NCBI GenBank assembly: GCA_963617535.1
Contig: CAVEPD010000001.1
Location: 1,914 to 65,913, forward strand
From: a bacterium
GTDB taxonomy: Bacteria > Bacillota_I > Bacilli_A > RFN20 > CAG-826
Direction of reading: 5' to 3'
DNA: 64,000 nucleotides
Shown: positions 27,500 through 36,356 of the stretch, piece after piece
Layout of the letters: the number at the start of each line of letters is the position of its first letter
Position numbering within the stretch: the stretch's first letter is position 1
Position numbers and translations under genes: made by a program
Notes under the pieces: model-generated
Told to the model about the DNA's origin: nothing
What the model saw: the letters and a program-made list of their open reading frames with translations, nothing else
The model's database searches: none

Positions 27500-29254
27500 A
27501 TGATTTCCTATTCTGATACCCATGTTGATTTGCTTCGGAAGCAGATGAAAAAAGATGGCCTTAAGGCTTATCTTATTGTCACGGGGGATCCTCATAATTC
27601 AGAAGAACCAGCGCCATATTTCGCCGCAGAACGCCGTTATTTTTGTCCTTTTGACGGAGACAACGCCTATGTGATCATCACGGAAAATGAGGCGCTTCTT
27701 TTCACGGATGGGCGTTTTTTCGTATCCGCGGAGAAGGAACTTAAGGGCTCTTACTTCAAGCTCATGAAACTCTACACCCCTGGTTACCCTAGTCCGGAGG
27801 AATACATTCTTAGAAATGGGCTATATCCTTTGGGGACGAATTTTCTTTTGATTTCTCCGGAAGAAGAAAAAGAGCTCAAGAGGGGAGGGGAGACTAGGGA
27901 TGTTGATTATTCTTCTTTCGTGGAGAATCGCCCATCCCTACCCGATGATAAACTCTGGAGATTTGACGATTCTGAGTTCAATGACTTATCTAGGGATGAA
28001 AAGCTAGAAAAAGTCAAAGAGGGCATCTCGAAAGCGGGCGCGGAAGCTCATCTTCTCACCACGCTTGATGATATTGCCTACCTGCTCAATATCCGCGGAA
28101 ACGATATTCCTTATACCCCTGTATTCTATTCTTACCTCTACGTTTCGTTAAAAGAGGGAACGCATCTATTCATCGAAGAAGGGCGTCTGGATTTTCCACT
28201 TGATGGGATTGAGATCCATCCTTATGGGTCGTTGCCTGATTTCTTGAAGGAAAGAGAAGGCGTTTTGACTTTAGTTGACCCAAGCCAGGCGAACGCGAAA
28301 GTTTGCTCTATTCTTAAAAATCAAATACATGCCCCCTCTCCTTCGCGCTTAATGAAAGCCATCAAAGGGCCGAAGGAAATTGATAACATCAAGAAAGCTC
28401 AAGCCGAGGATGGCGTCGCTCTTCTTAAGTTCATTGACTTCGTTGATGAACATAAAGAAGATGGCCTATCTGAATGGGATTTCGCCACAAAACTAGGTGA
28501 GTTCAGAAAGGAAGGGAGGCACTATATCGAAGACTCTTTCCAGACTATCGCCGCTACCGGGCCTAATGCCGCCATGATGCACTACGCCCCTAATGAGACT
28601 GTCCATGATGTCGTAAAAGAAGGACCAGAGCTCCTTGTGGATTCTGGCGGCCAGTATTACTGCGGTACAACCGATACGACGCGTACTTTTCCTTTAGGCG
28701 CGGTGACTCCCGAATTCATTCATGATTACACCTTGACTTTGAAGTCTGTCATCGCGCTTTCGAATTGCCTGTTCCTTGAAGGCTCTTCAGGCAGGCCCAT
28801 TGACATGATGGCAAGGCAAATCATGTGGAAAGAGGGGATGGACTACAAATGCGGGACTGGCCACGGCATTGGCTACGTGAATGTGGTGCACGAATCGCCG
28901 AATGGTTTCCGTTATAAGGCGTCAAAAGGGAAGGACGATGGTTGCGAGATCATGCCGGGCATGATCACGTCTATTGAGCCTGGCGTTTATAAAGCGGGGA
29001 AATATGGAATCCGAATTGAAAACAACATTCTCGCTGTTAAGGCCTTCTCGACCCCCGATGGGAATTTCTTCCGTTTCGAAAACATCACTTATGTTCCAAT
29101 TGATACCTCGGCTTTGGATTTATCCATCATGAGCGATGAAGAAATCGATTATCTCAATGAGTATCACGCTCTTGTAAGAGAAAAACTCTCGCCTTTGGTG
29201 GAAGGTCACCTAAAAGACGTTTTAATCAAAAAGACCGAACCCATACATCGGTAA
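27500..29254 (+). CDS. Xaa-Pro aminopeptidase (M24B family)
   Basis: 584 aa. It has a creatinase-like N-terminal part plus the M24 pita-bread domain (DSGGQY..GTTDTTRT, HGIGY, SIEPG, IRIEN). Confidence 0.85.
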   Translation: MISYSDTHVDLLRKQMKKDGLKAYLIVTGDPHNSEEPAPYFAAERRYFCPFDGDNAYVIITENEALLFTDGRFFVSAEKELKGSYFKLMKLYTPGYPSPEEYILRNGLYPLGTNFLLISPEEEKELKRGGETRDVDYSSFVENRPSLPDDKLWRFDDSEFNDLSRDEKLEKVKEGISKAGAEAHLLTTLDDIAYLLNIRGNDIPYTPVFYSYLYVSLKEGTHLFIEEGRLDFPLDGIEIHPYGSLPDFLKEREGVLTLVDPSQANAKVCSILKNQIHAPSPSRLMKAIKGPKEIDNIKKAQAEDGVALLKFIDFVDEHKEDGLSEWDFATKLGEFRKEGRHYIEDSFQTIAATGPNAAMMHYAPNETVHDVVKEGPELLVDSGGQYYCGTTDTTRTFPLGAVTPEFIHDYTLTLKSVIALSNCLFLEGSSGRPIDMMARQIMWKEGMDYKCGTGHGIGYVNVVHESPNGFRYKASKGKDDGCEIMPGMITSIEPGVYKAGKYGIRIENNILAVKAFSTPDGNFFRFENITYVPIDTSALDLSIMSDEEIDYLNEYHALVREKLSPLVEGHLKDVLIKKTEPIHR

Positions 29255-29261
29255 ATGACGC

Positions 29262-29600
29262 TTATTCGCCTTTGATTTCCGTGATCTCGAACTCAAAGCC
29301 GTTCTCTAGCTCTTTTTCTTCGGAACCGCAGTGGGGGCATTTTGGGTTATTCGCGGTCAAATAATCTTTGCCACAGTTTTTGCAATGGGCCTTCCCGGGG
29401 ATGAAGTCTATTTTGAGTACGGCCCCCTCTAATAAAGTGCCTTCGCTTGCTGGTCCCCAGCATTCTTTCATATAACGGGGCAACACCCCGGTGATTTCCC
29501 CAATCTCCACGGTTATTTCCTTGATGGACTTGAGGCCTTCTTTTTTCATTAAGTCCTCAAGGGTATGGACCATCTCGTTGCATAATCCCAATTCGTGCAT
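29262..29600 (-). CDS. hypA: Hydrogenase/urease nickel-insertion metallochaperone HypA
   Basis: 113 aa from the internal ATG, giving the canonical MHE start (MHELGLCNEMV...) and the CxxC...CxxC zinc site (CKNCG...CPHCG). The 154-aa ORF in the track is over-extended and would overlap the divergent gene. Confidence 0.85.
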   Translation of the reverse strand: MHELGLCNEMVHTLEDLMKKEGLKSIKEITVEIGEITGVLPRYMKECWGPASEGTLLEGAVLKIDFIPGKAHCKNCGKDYLTANNPKCPHCGSEEKELENGFEFEITEIKGE

Positions 29601-29694
29601 AAATCTTTTCCTGCTTGGAAATCCTAATCCCATCCCCTTTTCTTGGGAAGCGCATTCATTAGGAAGAGAAGGCGAATTCGCATAAAATGCTTTT

Positions 29695-30495
29695 ATGAAA
29701 TTAGCTTGCTTCGATATTGATGGCACCTTGCTTCCGAACTATAAGGATCCCATTCCTCAAGAAAACATTGATGCCGTTCAGCGCTTCGCGGATTTGGGGA
29801 ATGCGATTGCTATTGCTTCCGGAAGACCTTTTGGCTCCTGCAAGAAATTTTTAGACTGCTTCAAGTCGGATAAGCGCTTCGTGATTGCCGCTGGGGGCTC
29901 TGTGGCCTGCGACTACGATGGCAATTTGCTTTGGAAAAAGACTCTCTCGAAAGAAGACTTCCTTCATTTCAGGAAAGAGTTCTCAAACCATAAAGGCGTT
30001 GGCGTCTATTGCTACATCGGAGATGATTCCATGGGCTCTTACTTCCCAGAACCTTGGGCGGACTTTGAATATGGCATCAATGCTTTTTCTCGGCATAGAG
30101 ATTTGAACCTAGGATTAGAGGCGATTGATGAGTTTGGGGTGACCAAAATCATGATTGCCGCTTTTCCGGATATATCAAAAGACATTGTCTTTAAATCAGA
30201 GGACTATGAGAAATACACGATTGTAAGAAGCAGCCCCTATTTTTTGGAAGTCATGCCTAAAGGCGTGAGCAAAGCTTCGGGCGCTTATGCGATTTGCAAG
30301 AAGTTAGGCATCAAGAAAGAAGATGTCTATGCCTTTGGGGACTCGGGGAACGATATTGGAATGATCCAGGAATTTGAAGGCGTGGCGATGGGAAATGCGA
30401 TGGAAGAAGTTAAGGCGGTGGCCAAATATGTCACCAAAAGTTGCGTAGACTGCGGCGTTGCTTACGCCTTAAAAGACATTCTCCATCTGATATAA
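29695..30495 (+). CDS. Cof-type HAD-IIB family hydrolase
   Basis: 266 aa. It has the DIDGTLL motif I and the GDSGND motif IV. Confidence 0.85.
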   Translation: MKLACFDIDGTLLPNYKDPIPQENIDAVQRFADLGNAIAIASGRPFGSCKKFLDCFKSDKRFVIAAGGSVACDYDGNLLWKKTLSKEDFLHFRKEFSNHKGVGVYCYIGDDSMGSYFPEPWADFEYGINAFSRHRDLNLGLEAIDEFGVTKIMIAAFPDISKDIVFKSEDYEKYTIVRSSPYFLEVMPKGVSKASGAYAICKKLGIKKEDVYAFGDSGNDIGMIQEFEGVAMGNAMEEVKAVAKYVTKSCVDCGVAYALKDILHLI

Positions 30496-30523
30496 AAAAG
30501 AAGGCTCGCGCCTTCCTTTTTTC
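30494..30523. terminator. Bidirectional Rho-independent terminator
   Basis: An A-run, then GAAGGC-tcgc-GCCTTC, then a T-run, lying between convergent genes. Confidence 0.7.
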
Positions 30524-30531
30524 GTTTTAGC

Positions 30532-31170
30532 TTACGCGACGTTTTTCCTGCGGAACAAGACGAATAGGACATTTACAACGGTTAAACCATCCGCGATGCC
30601 AGCGACGAGTTTCACGGTTAGCCAGTCAAGACGGAAATTTAGCGCCTGCGATACGATTGTCTCATCGTTTTGAATGGTTTCAACATTGAGGATATAACGG
30701 AGACCTTCGTTTAAATTGCCATCCATAAAGATGCAGACGGAACCGCCGATAAGAATAATCGCGCCTAGGACCGTCGCGACTTTCGAACCATATCCGACCT
30801 CGGAAAGGAAGAAACCGATTCCGAAGACGACGATGCCGATAATGGAAAGAAGCTGCAAAGCGATTTTCACCTGATCGCTAAGAGTTATAGGGTTTGCCGC
30901 CGAACTGACATCTTTTAAAGTCAAGGTTAATTCGGTGACGGAAAACGAATATTGAAAGGTCTTGGCGAGATTGGCCTGAAAGTTTTCGACCGTGAAGACG
31001 ATCCCGTTCAAGTTGACAAGGCAATTCGCGTTGACTCCAACGGTACTCCCGTTAACGGCAGCAGTCGAAGCCATGGTCATCGTTCCCTCAAACGATAAGC
31101 AAATCGCCAGCAAGGCAATGAACAAAACTGGCATGGCTAGAAGATAAAAAATTCGGAATGCTTTTCTCAT
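30532..31170 (-). CDS. Hypothetical membrane protein
   Basis: 212 aa from the ATG at 31170, which is preceded by GGAGG at good spacing. It has one N-terminal TM, an extracytoplasmic segment, then 3-4 further TMs. Confidence 0.6.
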   Translation of the reverse strand: MRKAFRIFYLLAMPVLFIALLAICLSFEGTMTMASTAAVNGSTVGVNANCLVNLNGIVFTVENFQANLAKTFQYSFSVTELTLTLKDVSSAANPITLSDQVKIALQLLSIIGIVVFGIGFFLSEVGYGSKVATVLGAIILIGGSVCIFMDGNLNEGLRYILNVETIQNDETIVSQALNFRLDWLTVKLVAGIADGLTVVNVLFVLFRRKNVA

Positions 31171-31206
31171 AAAATACCTCCGGCGCATAGTTTAGAATAA
31201 ACTCCG

Positions 31207-32193
31207 ATGAAAAGAAAACAACTTGAAACAATTTCTTATCTTCCTAAAAAGGACCTTCCTTTTTGGTGGGGGGAAGCAGTGGAAGCAAGTGAGCTTTTGC
31301 GTCTTCAAAACGTTGGCATGAACTGTGGCTTGGAATATACATCATTCCCTATTTTCAAGGGCATCGATTCTTACTCTAGATATATCCATTCAATAGGGGT
31401 TGGGGAAATTGTTTGGCGTTTCACTCATGACCCAAAGCAAGCCCTTGCTGGTCTATATCACGATATCGCTAGCCCTTGCTTCGCTCATGTCATCGACTTC
31501 CTTCATGGCGATTATGAATCTCAGGAATCGACGGAAATAGGAACTTCCGAAATCATTGCAAAAAGTAAAGATATCCAGGATTTGCTGGGTTTTCTAAACC
31601 TTAAATCCGAAGACGTGGATGATTACCATAAATATCCAATTGCAGATAATGACTCGCCTAGACTATCCGCGGATCGTCTGGAATACACCTTGTCGAATGC
31701 TTTGAATCTTCTTCGTTTGGGCCGCGATGAAGTTCAACGGATTTATGATTCCATAACCGTCTTGCCTAGTGGTGAAATTGGATTCGTGGCGCTTGAGCCG
31801 GCGAAGCGCTTTGGGCGTATTGCCCTGTCTTTGGGACGCATCTATTGCTGCGATGAAGACCGCTATTCCATGGAGGTCTTAGCTAGACTCATCAAGGAGG
31901 TCATTCGTCTTGGCGTTTTAAAAGAAAGCGACTTATACGGCGGGGAGTCCGCGGTCATTGCCAAGCTTATCTCTTCCCCCTTAAAAGAAGAGTGGACGTC
32001 TTATACCAAAATGAAAGAACTTGATAAGAGCCCCTTTGCTAAAGAAGGGTATCTAAGGATCTCCGCGAAGAAACGTTATATTGACCCGCTTGTTGGCGAT
32101 AAGCGGCTTTCTGAAATCGATGAGGGCTTTGCCTCGGAAATAAAAAGCTATCTTTCCCAAACTTTCGACGTTTATCTAAGAAATAAGGATTAG
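31207..32193 (+). CDS. HD-domain metal-dependent phosphohydrolase (dGTPase/SAMHD1-like signature)
   Basis: 328 aa. The SRYIHSIGVGEI ... GLYHDIASPCFAHVIDF segment matches the H...HD...H arrangement of HD phosphohydrolases. Confidence 0.6.
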   Translation: MKRKQLETISYLPKKDLPFWWGEAVEASELLRLQNVGMNCGLEYTSFPIFKGIDSYSRYIHSIGVGEIVWRFTHDPKQALAGLYHDIASPCFAHVIDFLHGDYESQESTEIGTSEIIAKSKDIQDLLGFLNLKSEDVDDYHKYPIADNDSPRLSADRLEYTLSNALNLLRLGRDEVQRIYDSITVLPSGEIGFVALEPAKRFGRIALSLGRIYCCDEDRYSMEVLARLIKEVIRLGVLKESDLYGGESAVIAKLISSPLKEEWTSYTKMKELDKSPFAKEGYLRISAKKRYIDPLVGDKRLSEIDEGFASEIKSYLSQTFDVYLRNKD

Positions 32194-33026
32194 TTATTAA
32201 TCAAAGATTTAATTTCCTCGACTGAGTATTCGTATTTTTTTAAGCAGGAGCCGCAGATGACTTCGATGGGCTTGCTTTCTTTGATCATCGCCTCGAGCTC
32301 AGCCTTTCCGGCTTTCTTTAAAGTGGCCAGACCTTTCTTCCTGGAACAGTTGCAATGGAAACGAACTTCTTTCTCTTCCGTTTTCACTTGGCTTAATCCC
32401 TCTAGAAGATAAGAAGCGATCTCTTCGGGGGGCAATCTGCGGGCGAGGATCTCTTCTTTGGAAGGCCCCTTCCCTAGGTTGTCCGCGATTTTCTCCATGA
32501 TTTCTTTTTTGGCGAATGGCAAGGCTTGGACCATATAGCCATAGCTATAGGTGACTTCTTTCTTTTCATTCAAAGTAACCCCTAACGAAAAGAAGGTGGG
32601 GAGCTGCTCGGAGCCAGCGTAGTAATACATAAGGTTGTTTTCGACGTCGTCTACGACCAGAGGCATCGTGGTGTGATAAGGGACCTTGAGCCCTTGATCC
32701 TTCGTGACTCCTAAAAAACCATTGCCTATTCCACCATTTGAGGCGGGTTTTGCGGCGAAACCTTTGACGCTCCCTTTGCTATCCGCGATTGCAATCACCT
32801 TGTTTAATGGTCCATTCCCTTCTAGTTCTAAAGTTAGCGTCTCTTTGCTGTCTTTTGCGGAATCCTCCATCAGCAAAGCGGCTGTTAAAAGATTCCCTAA
32901 ATAGGTGATCGCACTTTCGCCGTAGTCCGCGATCTTCTGAGCATGCGCAACAAGACGCGTCGTAATGGCAATCTTGATGATATATTCGTCTTCTGCCCCG
33001 AGGTAACGGATCAGCTTATCTTTCAT
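32190..33026 (-). CDS. hslO: Redox-regulated chaperone Hsp33
   Basis: 278 aa. The C-terminal zinc centre is CNCS...CGSC (CxC...CxxC), and the rest follows the Hsp33 fold. Confidence 0.9.
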   Translation of the reverse strand: MKDKLIRYLGAEDEYIIKIAITTRLVAHAQKIADYGESAITYLGNLLTAALLMEDSAKDSKETLTLELEGNGPLNKVIAIADSKGSVKGFAAKPASNGGIGNGFLGVTKDQGLKVPYHTTMPLVVDDVENNLMYYYAGSEQLPTFFSLGVTLNEKKEVTYSYGYMVQALPFAKKEIMEKIADNLGKGPSKEEILARRLPPEEIASYLLEGLSQVKTEEKEVRFHCNCSRKKGLATLKKAGKAELEAMIKESKPIEVICGSCLKKYEYSVEEIKSLINN

Positions 33027-33753
33027 CTTGGTTCTTTTCTCTGAATTGCAGACGCGCTAAGAAACGCTCCTCCCCGTTTACTTTTCCAACAAGCATATAG
33101 GGGTTTTCTTCTTGGGAAGACAGGCAAAGCGAAACCTCTTCGCCTTCTTGAATCTCCTTCACGAAATTCAAAACGATGGAGACGGGTGTGTGCTTTTCGT
33201 AGAAGGCACGGTTTTTCGCGTCGACAATCAGCTCCAGATAACGGGTATTGTTCAAGTGGCCATTTAAATCGCACATCGAATAGGTGATTTTTCTCTTTTC
33301 AACCTCAATCATGTTTTCGGAGGCTTGAAGCTTCTCAGGACGTCCGAGTTCTCCATCGGCCTTTTCAGGGGTTAGGGGATGAGGAAAAGGGCAACGCATC
33401 ACAACCTTGCGGGTAGAGGCCTGAAGCAAAGCCCAGGTCGAGGCGACGCGCAATAAAATCTCTCCGCTTTTGTTTTTTGCGAAGAAATGGCGGAAGTAGA
33501 AACAGCCGACCTGTTCCCCGGGATAGGTGGTCAATTCAATTTCTTCCATATAACGGGGCATCTTGCTGATTTCCACGTCCATGCGGGTCAAAACCCACAT
33601 AAAGCCCTTGTCGGTTGTCTCCTCTTTGCCTGTTCCTATTGCTTCGGCGCCTGTTCCTGCGATCGCCTGAAGCAACCGGAAGAGACCAGGAATAGACAAG
33701 TCGAGGAAGGGATCAACCTCGTTGGAATCGATTAGAAATTTTTCGGAATACAT
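33016..33753 (-). CDS. Acyl-ACP thioesterase
   Basis: 245 aa with double hotdog organisation. The sequence IDSNEVDPFLDLSIPGLFRLLQ... and CDLNGHLNNTRYLE is typical of FatA/B-like bacterial thioesterases. Confidence 0.7.
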   Translation of the reverse strand: MYSEKFLIDSNEVDPFLDLSIPGLFRLLQAIAGTGAEAIGTGKEETTDKGFMWVLTRMDVEISKMPRYMEEIELTTYPGEQVGCFYFRHFFAKNKSGEILLRVASTWALLQASTRKVVMRCPFPHPLTPEKADGELGRPEKLQASENMIEVEKRKITYSMCDLNGHLNNTRYLELIVDAKNRAFYEKHTPVSIVLNFVKEIQEGEEVSLCLSSQEENPYMLVGKVNGEERFLARLQFREKNQDER

Positions 33754-33826
33754 GCCGAGATTTTACTTCGCTCTTCTGCAAAATGAAACGGGTAGAGGAA
33801 GGATGCTTTTAATACAAATAATACAG

Positions 33827-33832
33827 TATAAT
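33827..33832 (+). promoter_or_regulatory. Candidate -10 box (TATAAT) only 6 nt upstream of the GntR start codon
   Basis: A perfect TATAAT lies at 33827-33832 and the ATG at 33839. No convincing -35 box is present. Confidence 0.3.
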
Positions 33833-33838
33833 CCGCTC

Positions 33839-34177
33839 ATGGCTAACTATGACCACAAGAACCCAACTTTTCTTGAATTGGCGTTACGCTATGAGCATCT
33901 GATCGATGCCGGGGCTTACAAAGAAGGCGATCGCTTGCCTTCAGTGAGGGAGGTCGCTATTTCCGAGCGGCTGAATCCCAATACTGTCGCCCGCGCTTTT
34001 CAGAAAATCGCCGCGGACGGTTATTGCACCGCGATAGAGAAGCGCGGTTATTTCGTCAACAAAAAGACGCTGAAGAATCCTCTCGTTGACCTCTTTATAT
34101 CTCTATTAAAAGAAGGGAAAACAGAGCAAGAGATTCAAAAGGCTCTTAAAACCGCATTGAAGGAGGTCAATTCATGA
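33839..34177 (+). CDS. GntR family transcriptional regulator (short YtrA-like subfamily)
   Basis: 112 aa from the ATG at 33839. The wHTH signature is GDRLPSVREVAISERLNPNTVARAFQKIAADGY. An alternative ATG lies at 33803. The ORF in the track (from 33722) overlaps the divergent thioesterase start. Confidence 0.8.
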   Translation: MANYDHKNPTFLELALRYEHLIDAGAYKEGDRLPSVREVAISERLNPNTVARAFQKIAADGYCTAIEKRGYFVNKKTLKNPLVDLFISLLKEGKTEQEIQKALKTALKEVNS

Positions 34178-35052
34178 TCGAGATCCAGTACGTCAGCAAA
34201 AACTTCGGATCAACGAAGGCGCTTGATAGGCTCCAACTTTCCATTGGAGACGGCATCACGGGTTTGGTGGGCGAGAATGGCGCAGGAAAATCCACGCTTC
34301 TCCGCTGCATCGCCGGGGTGCTTAACCCCGAGGAAGGCTCCATCCATATCGACGGCAAAGAAAGAAAAGACGTCGAGGCGAAAAAAGAGATTTATTTCCT
34401 TTCCGATTTCCCTTACGCCCCGGCGAATTCGACGATTGATAAGGTCTATGAATTCTATTCTTGCTTCTACGATTTTGATTTGGACCGTTTCCATGAGGTC
34501 TTAACCAATTTCTCTTTGCCTCCCACCGGGAAGATCAATAACTTCTCAAAAGGCATGAGGCGACAGCTTTTCGTCGCCCTCGCTTTGGCGGCGAAAACGA
34601 AGTACCTCTTGATGGATGAGGCTTTCGATGGCCTTGACCCGATTGCTTTAGATGCGATTAAGGGAGAGATCATCAAAGAAAAGGAAAATGGCAGGAACAT
34701 CATTATCTCTAGCCACAATATCTCGACCTTAGAGAAGCTCGCGGATCGCTTTGTGATGCTTTCGAAAGGGCATCTCGCCGAAAACCAGGAAACCCAATCC
34801 TTAGGCAAAAACTTCGTGAAATTCCAAGCGTTCTTTGAAACCAACCCCACGGAAGAGGAACTTTCCTCCTTGTGCTCATTGATTTCCTATCGGAAGGTAG
34901 GCTCCGTGCTTAACTTCGTCATGGAAGAAGACACGGCTGCCTTGGAGAAAATCAAAGAAACCTTCAAGCCCAAGTTCATTGAGAACGTGAACATCGACGG
35001 GGATGAGCTTGTCACCTTGGCGATGATCAAAGCCAGAAAGGAGGGCAAATAA
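34174..35052 (+). CDS. ABC transporter ATP-binding protein
   Basis: 292 aa. Walker A is GENGAGKST, the signature is FSKGMRRQ and Walker B is LLMDEAFDGLD. Its start overlaps the GntR stop. Confidence 0.9.
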   Translation: MIEIQYVSKNFGSTKALDRLQLSIGDGITGLVGENGAGKSTLLRCIAGVLNPEEGSIHIDGKERKDVEAKKEIYFLSDFPYAPANSTIDKVYEFYSCFYDFDLDRFHEVLTNFSLPPTGKINNFSKGMRRQLFVALALAAKTKYLLMDEAFDGLDPIALDAIKGEIIKEKENGRNIIISSHNISTLEKLADRFVMLSKGHLAENQETQSLGKNFVKFQAFFETNPTEEELSSLCSLISYRKVGSVLNFVMEEDTAALEKIKETFKPKFIENVNIDGDELVTLAMIKARKEGK

Positions 35053-35053
35053 G

Positions 35054-36286
35054 ATGAAAGTTAAACAGTTTGTTCGTTTCCAACTGAAAGCCTGGCTGCC
35101 GATGATCATCGCGATTGGCGCCCTCGTCGTCACTTCGACGCTGATCGTCGGGCTAAATGCCCAGCCTTATATCAGTCTCAGAGTTTCTGATAGTGCTAGT
35201 TATATCTATTACCGCCAGCTGTATCTGCTTAACAGCAACCCTGTCTCTTGTATTGCTTTGATGATGATTCCCTCAATGCTCGCGGCCTGCGTTATGCCTT
35301 TCTTCGCCTATTCGCACCGCTATGGCAAGACGCGGGCGGACTGCTTTTTGTCTTTGCCGGTGAAAGATGGGAAAATCTCGCAGACCCGCATTCTTTTGAT
35401 GGGCGTAATCCTCCTCGCCTTCTATTTGACGGCCTATCTTTTTGGCTCGATTGGCGCGATTCTTAAGCAAATCGTCTCCGTGAACTCCGCGAGCGTGATG
35501 GCGAAAACTTATTCTGAATATGTGGAGAGTTTCTCGGCTTCGACTGGCTCTTTTGGCTGGTACTTTTTGGCTTGGCCCTTAGGAGCGGTGGTGGTAATGA
35601 CCCTCTATTTCATCAACTGCTTCTTGATCGGACAGGGAAGCAATGTGCTTCAAGGCATCATCGCGATGATCGCTGGGCATATCGTTCTTTGCTTGCTTAT
35701 CCCCGTCACAATTTATGTGCCCGGCGGAAGAAATTACGACTCGGAATGGATGGAAAAAATCTTCGGTTACGGATATTCCTTCTTTGATGTGCCGGCATTC
35801 TACGTTCCGATGGTTCTGATTGAAGGAACCGTCGGGACCTTAGAAAGGAATATGCCCAATTGCTGGAAAGAGTGCGTGACGTTCCTTTCTGGCTCACATT
35901 GGAGCCTTTGGGTGGGGTCGATTTCCTTCTTGCTTCTAGGCGGAGGCGCTTTGACTTGGGTTTTGCTTGGCAAAGAGCCGGGCGGAGAATTCGCCGGAGA
36001 GAACCGTCCGCGCAATTTCTTCGCGACCCTGCTTCCTCACCTTGCCTTCTTGACCGTCCTTCTTGGCGAAACCATTCTCATGTCTTCTTTGCTCGGCTAT
36101 GGAAGCGGAGCTTTCTTCATCCTGGAATTCACGAATTTCATTTGGACGGGAGGCCTCTATTACGTTGCACTTTCGCTCTTTAATCATTCGTTCAAACTGG
36201 ATCTCAAGAACTGGATGATGTTCGCTGGGGTGAATGCGTTTTCCTTCCTCGCCTTGATCGTTAATGTTTTCAACGTAGGATACTGA
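35054..36286 (+). CDS. Polytopic membrane protein, putative permease partner of the YtrA-type ABC module
   Basis: 410 aa with at least 8 hydrophobic segments. It starts 2 nt after the ATPase stop. Confidence 0.6.
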   Translation: MKVKQFVRFQLKAWLPMIIAIGALVVTSTLIVGLNAQPYISLRVSDSASYIYYRQLYLLNSNPVSCIALMMIPSMLAACVMPFFAYSHRYGKTRADCFLSLPVKDGKISQTRILLMGVILLAFYLTAYLFGSIGAILKQIVSVNSASVMAKTYSEYVESFSASTGSFGWYFLAWPLGAVVVMTLYFINCFLIGQGSNVLQGIIAMIAGHIVLCLLIPVTIYVPGGRNYDSEWMEKIFGYGYSFFDVPAFYVPMVLIEGTVGTLERNMPNCWKECVTFLSGSHWSLWVGSISFLLLGGGALTWVLLGKEPGGEFAGENRPRNFFATLLPHLAFLTVLLGETILMSSLLGYGSGAFFILEFTNFIWTGGLYYVALSLFNHSFKLDLKNWMMFAGVNAFSFLALIVNVFNVGY

Positions 36287-36297
36287 CCTTAAGGATT

Positions 36298-36320
36298 GGC
36301 CGCCAAGCGCGGCTTTTCTT
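36298..36320 (+). terminator. Candidate terminator
   Basis: GCCGC-caagc-GCGGC stem followed by TTTTCTTTTT. Confidence 0.5.
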
Positions 36321-36356
36321 TTTCTTTCTTGCATTACTTGGCCTTACAATAGCCTC

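Noticed and set aside
29601-29726. N-terminal 42-codon extension of the hypA ORF, as given in the track
   Set aside because: HypA proteins begin with MHE, and the internal ATG at 29600 gives exactly that. The extension would also overlap the divergent HAD gene start (29695) and its promoter.
33722-33838. Upstream extension of the GntR ORF
   Set aside because: The extension overlaps the start of the divergent thioesterase gene and adds non-homologous sequence ahead of a complete wHTH domain. The starts at 33839 or 33803 are more plausible.
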